A stretch of DNA of 64,000 nucleotides from Saccostrea cucullata (lineage: Eukaryota). How positions within the stretch are numbered: the stretch's first letter is position 1; every line of letters starts with the position of its first letter. Under the pieces are notes generated by a model, which saw only the letters and a list, made by a program, of their open reading frames with translations, ran no database searches and was not told the DNA's origin. The DNA is taken from NCBI RefSeq assembly GCF_032062105.1, contig NW_026929962.1:372001-436000 (forward strand), read 5' to 3'. This document shows positions 63,541-64,000 of this stretch, piece after piece. Both the position numbers and the translations under genes were made by a program.

Positions 63541-64000
63541 GAAAGACAAATGAACACCAATAGTAAAATCATCTTATTCCCTCACAATTAATTGGCCTCT
63601 CTTTGTCATGGTAGAACATTTATTGTACAAAGGTAAAATATTTTGTCTCGCTTTTATTTATCCATTCTTTACAAGCCTACCTGGTCCTTAAAACTATGAA
63701 ATTACTGTTTGTATTACTTGTACAAGTTTGCTTGCTAATTATGATCAAAGAAGATTTTTAAAAACATTCTTCACTATATACTGTAATCAAAACACCCCCT
63801 CCCAAACACTAAATGTATCTGCTTATTACCAAAATAAAACACTTGCATTTTCAATATATGACAAAAAAATTCCTCCCTTAAACATAAGTTCTTTATCCTA
63901 AGACAATAAATTTCAAAATTATGGTAAATGACTTAATGCTTTTTGTCATGATGAAAAACAGTTCAATTTCTTGATGTCTGAAGGAGTAAAGAAGAAGAAT

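Overview
AT-rich, intron-rich animal genomic DNA, most likely an oyster or other bivalve, inferred from 166-bp satellite-bearing Helentron-type (HINE-like) repeats. Most ORF-track entries are artefacts, so I rebuilt the genes by hand from GT-AG boundaries and phase. (1) Two tandem minus-strand peptidoglycan-recognition protein (PGRP) paralogues. PGRP-2 (9974-11954, 280 aa) has an N-terminal death-effector-domain (DED)-like module fused to an amidase-inactive PGRP domain. PGRP-1 (CDS from 5825 down to 888, last exon outside the window) has a hydrophobic leader and only a remnant of that module. In both genes one intron holds a ~30-bp minisatellite that is a tandem amplification of the exon end plus its splice donor. 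(2) A cluster of alpha-arrestin (ARRDC-like) genes: three complete on the plus strand and the last exon of a fourth on the minus strand, showing graded loss of the PPxY tail. (3) FEM1B with an uninterrupted CDS. (4) Many mobile elements: HINE-like elements, MITEs, and LINE, Penelope-like and Tc1 remnants. These include a four-level nested stack at 47.7-58.2 kb that carries a spliced Academ/DUF6589-like transposase and a convergent MADS-like/PHD gene. The strongest novelty candidate is the DED-PGRP and its paralogue pair.
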